Below are positions 63,001 to 64,000 of a DNA stretch of 64,000 nt, one piece after another. A model generated the notes under the pieces. That model worked only from the letters and a program-made list of their open reading frames with translations. It did not search any database and had not been told where the DNA came from. This DNA comes from Enoplolaimus lenunculus (lineage: Eukaryota). The position numbers were made by a program, and so were the translations under genes. Within the stretch, counting starts at the first letter, position 1, and every line of letters begins with the position of its first letter. The DNA lies in the NCBI GenBank assembly GCA_030248215.1, contig JASANG010001013.1:372001-436000 (forward strand), read 5' to 3'.

Positions 63001-64000
63001 CTTATGATTTTCAAAATATTGTTACAGTAGACAGAATATTGCTTTACGTAAAGACAACGAATCTTCGGGGCTCTAAAAGTTTCTAGAAGGTGCTTTGGGT
63101 CAAAAACGAACGTTACTAACTAGCAATAATCCCTGGACTAAATTTTAAATTGCCGTCACTTACGTCATCGTCAACCATTTCTAGCAACGAAACTGCTTTC
63201 CGTTTCGTTTCTTGCAGCATTCCAGCAGAATTACTACAACACGGTGTGTCGTCATAAACGTTGCTATCAAATTGTTTTACATTAGCGACGGGTGATTGAG
63301 TGTAAGACGAGTCCGAAACCAGCGTATCATTTGTATTGTTCAAGCTTCCACTTGTATTAATCAGGCTCAACACTGTAAAAAACACAGAAAAAAATTATAT
63401 TTATAATTATTGCAAAACTTAGTTATAATTAGACATCAATAAATTTCTCAAAACAAATCTATTCTGTATATAATATTTACTTAATATTTGCTTGCTTACA
63501 ATTTCTGTCCCTGGGAAAGTTTTTGCGAATTTCCCTACATACCGTCATCAAATGGAATTATAGCAGGCCCGATTGACTTTCTGGCTTGAATTTCGCCGCT
63601 TCTCAGTGCTTCCACACGATTTTTGTGCTTAATAATTGCCTGATAAAGCAAGTAAAACAAAGTATATCCAAACCAACACAAAAATAAAAGTAAAAAATTA
63701 GAATATAATGCAATAATATTCTGCAAAAGCAATAAAATGCCATTTTTATAAAACAATATCTCAAGTTTAACATGGTATTTCGAAACAAAAGATGACAAGA
63801 AGTGAATAAGGTGAAAAATGAATAAAATGAAAACCTTTTCCAGCTGACTCGCGGTCTTCCTTTGCGTTGCTTGTCGTTTGACTTGCAAATCCATCAAAGT
63901 TCGTTGACCTTTGTAGAAGGCAGCCAATGAGGCAACGGCACGACCAAACTGATCCTGTTCATAGCTCCAAATATATGACGTCATCCAGCCAGGAAACGAA
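60097..64000 (-). CDS. RTEL1: Regulator of telomere elongation helicase 1, 3' part
   Basis: Exons 63835-64000 (partial), 63543-63639, 63164-63372, 62102-62341, 61100-61273, 60532-60667 and 60097-60170 (TAG); phases match. FPGWMTSYIWSY..FGRAVASLAAFYK resembles the RTEL1 helicase end ([26 protein letters not shown]). The C-terminus EFIRLI..FKKTNDLRYL..PELLKYFVHYVPKEMVAAFQTLC resembles the RTEL1 harmonin-N-like domain. Confidence 0.82.
61321..61749. mobile_element. CAGAGATG-ended MITE in an RTEL1 intron (hAT-like termini)
   Basis: CAGAGATGGGCGGTTTTGGTT / AACCAAGACCGCTCATCTCTG. Confidence 0.65.

Overview
AT-rich, intron- and transposon-rich eukaryotic DNA. Abundant TTAGGC telomere-type hexamers and TTTCAG-type splice acceptors point to a nematode with a large, repeat-rich genome (inference). 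I reconstructed six protein-coding genes by hand: the 3' part of a tandem MAM-like domain gene (+, 1075-10003), a two-exon DEG/ENaC channel (+, 13374-16244), a single-ORF divergent ionotropic receptor (+, 26030-27379), an 11-exon membrane-anchored carboxylesterase with an intact Ser-Glu-His triad and long cytoplasmic tail (-, 31715-43402), an MCFD2-like EF-hand protein (+, 55707-58689) and the 3' half of RTEL1 (-, 60097-64000). There is also a dead piggyBac. The most striking signal is a family of about 25-30 small non-autonomous DNA transposons with GGCC-initiated TIRs and 8(-9)-bp target-site duplications (Merlin-like). They carry telomeric TTAGGC tracts, insert into each other, and have given rise to satellites (28-bp and 72-bp arrays). 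Other oddities are a 74-bp array that multiplies an MCFD2 5' splice site, a non-AG 3' splice site required in the esterase, and in-frame repeats where the receptor pore loop should be. All calls are by eye, and no database search was run.
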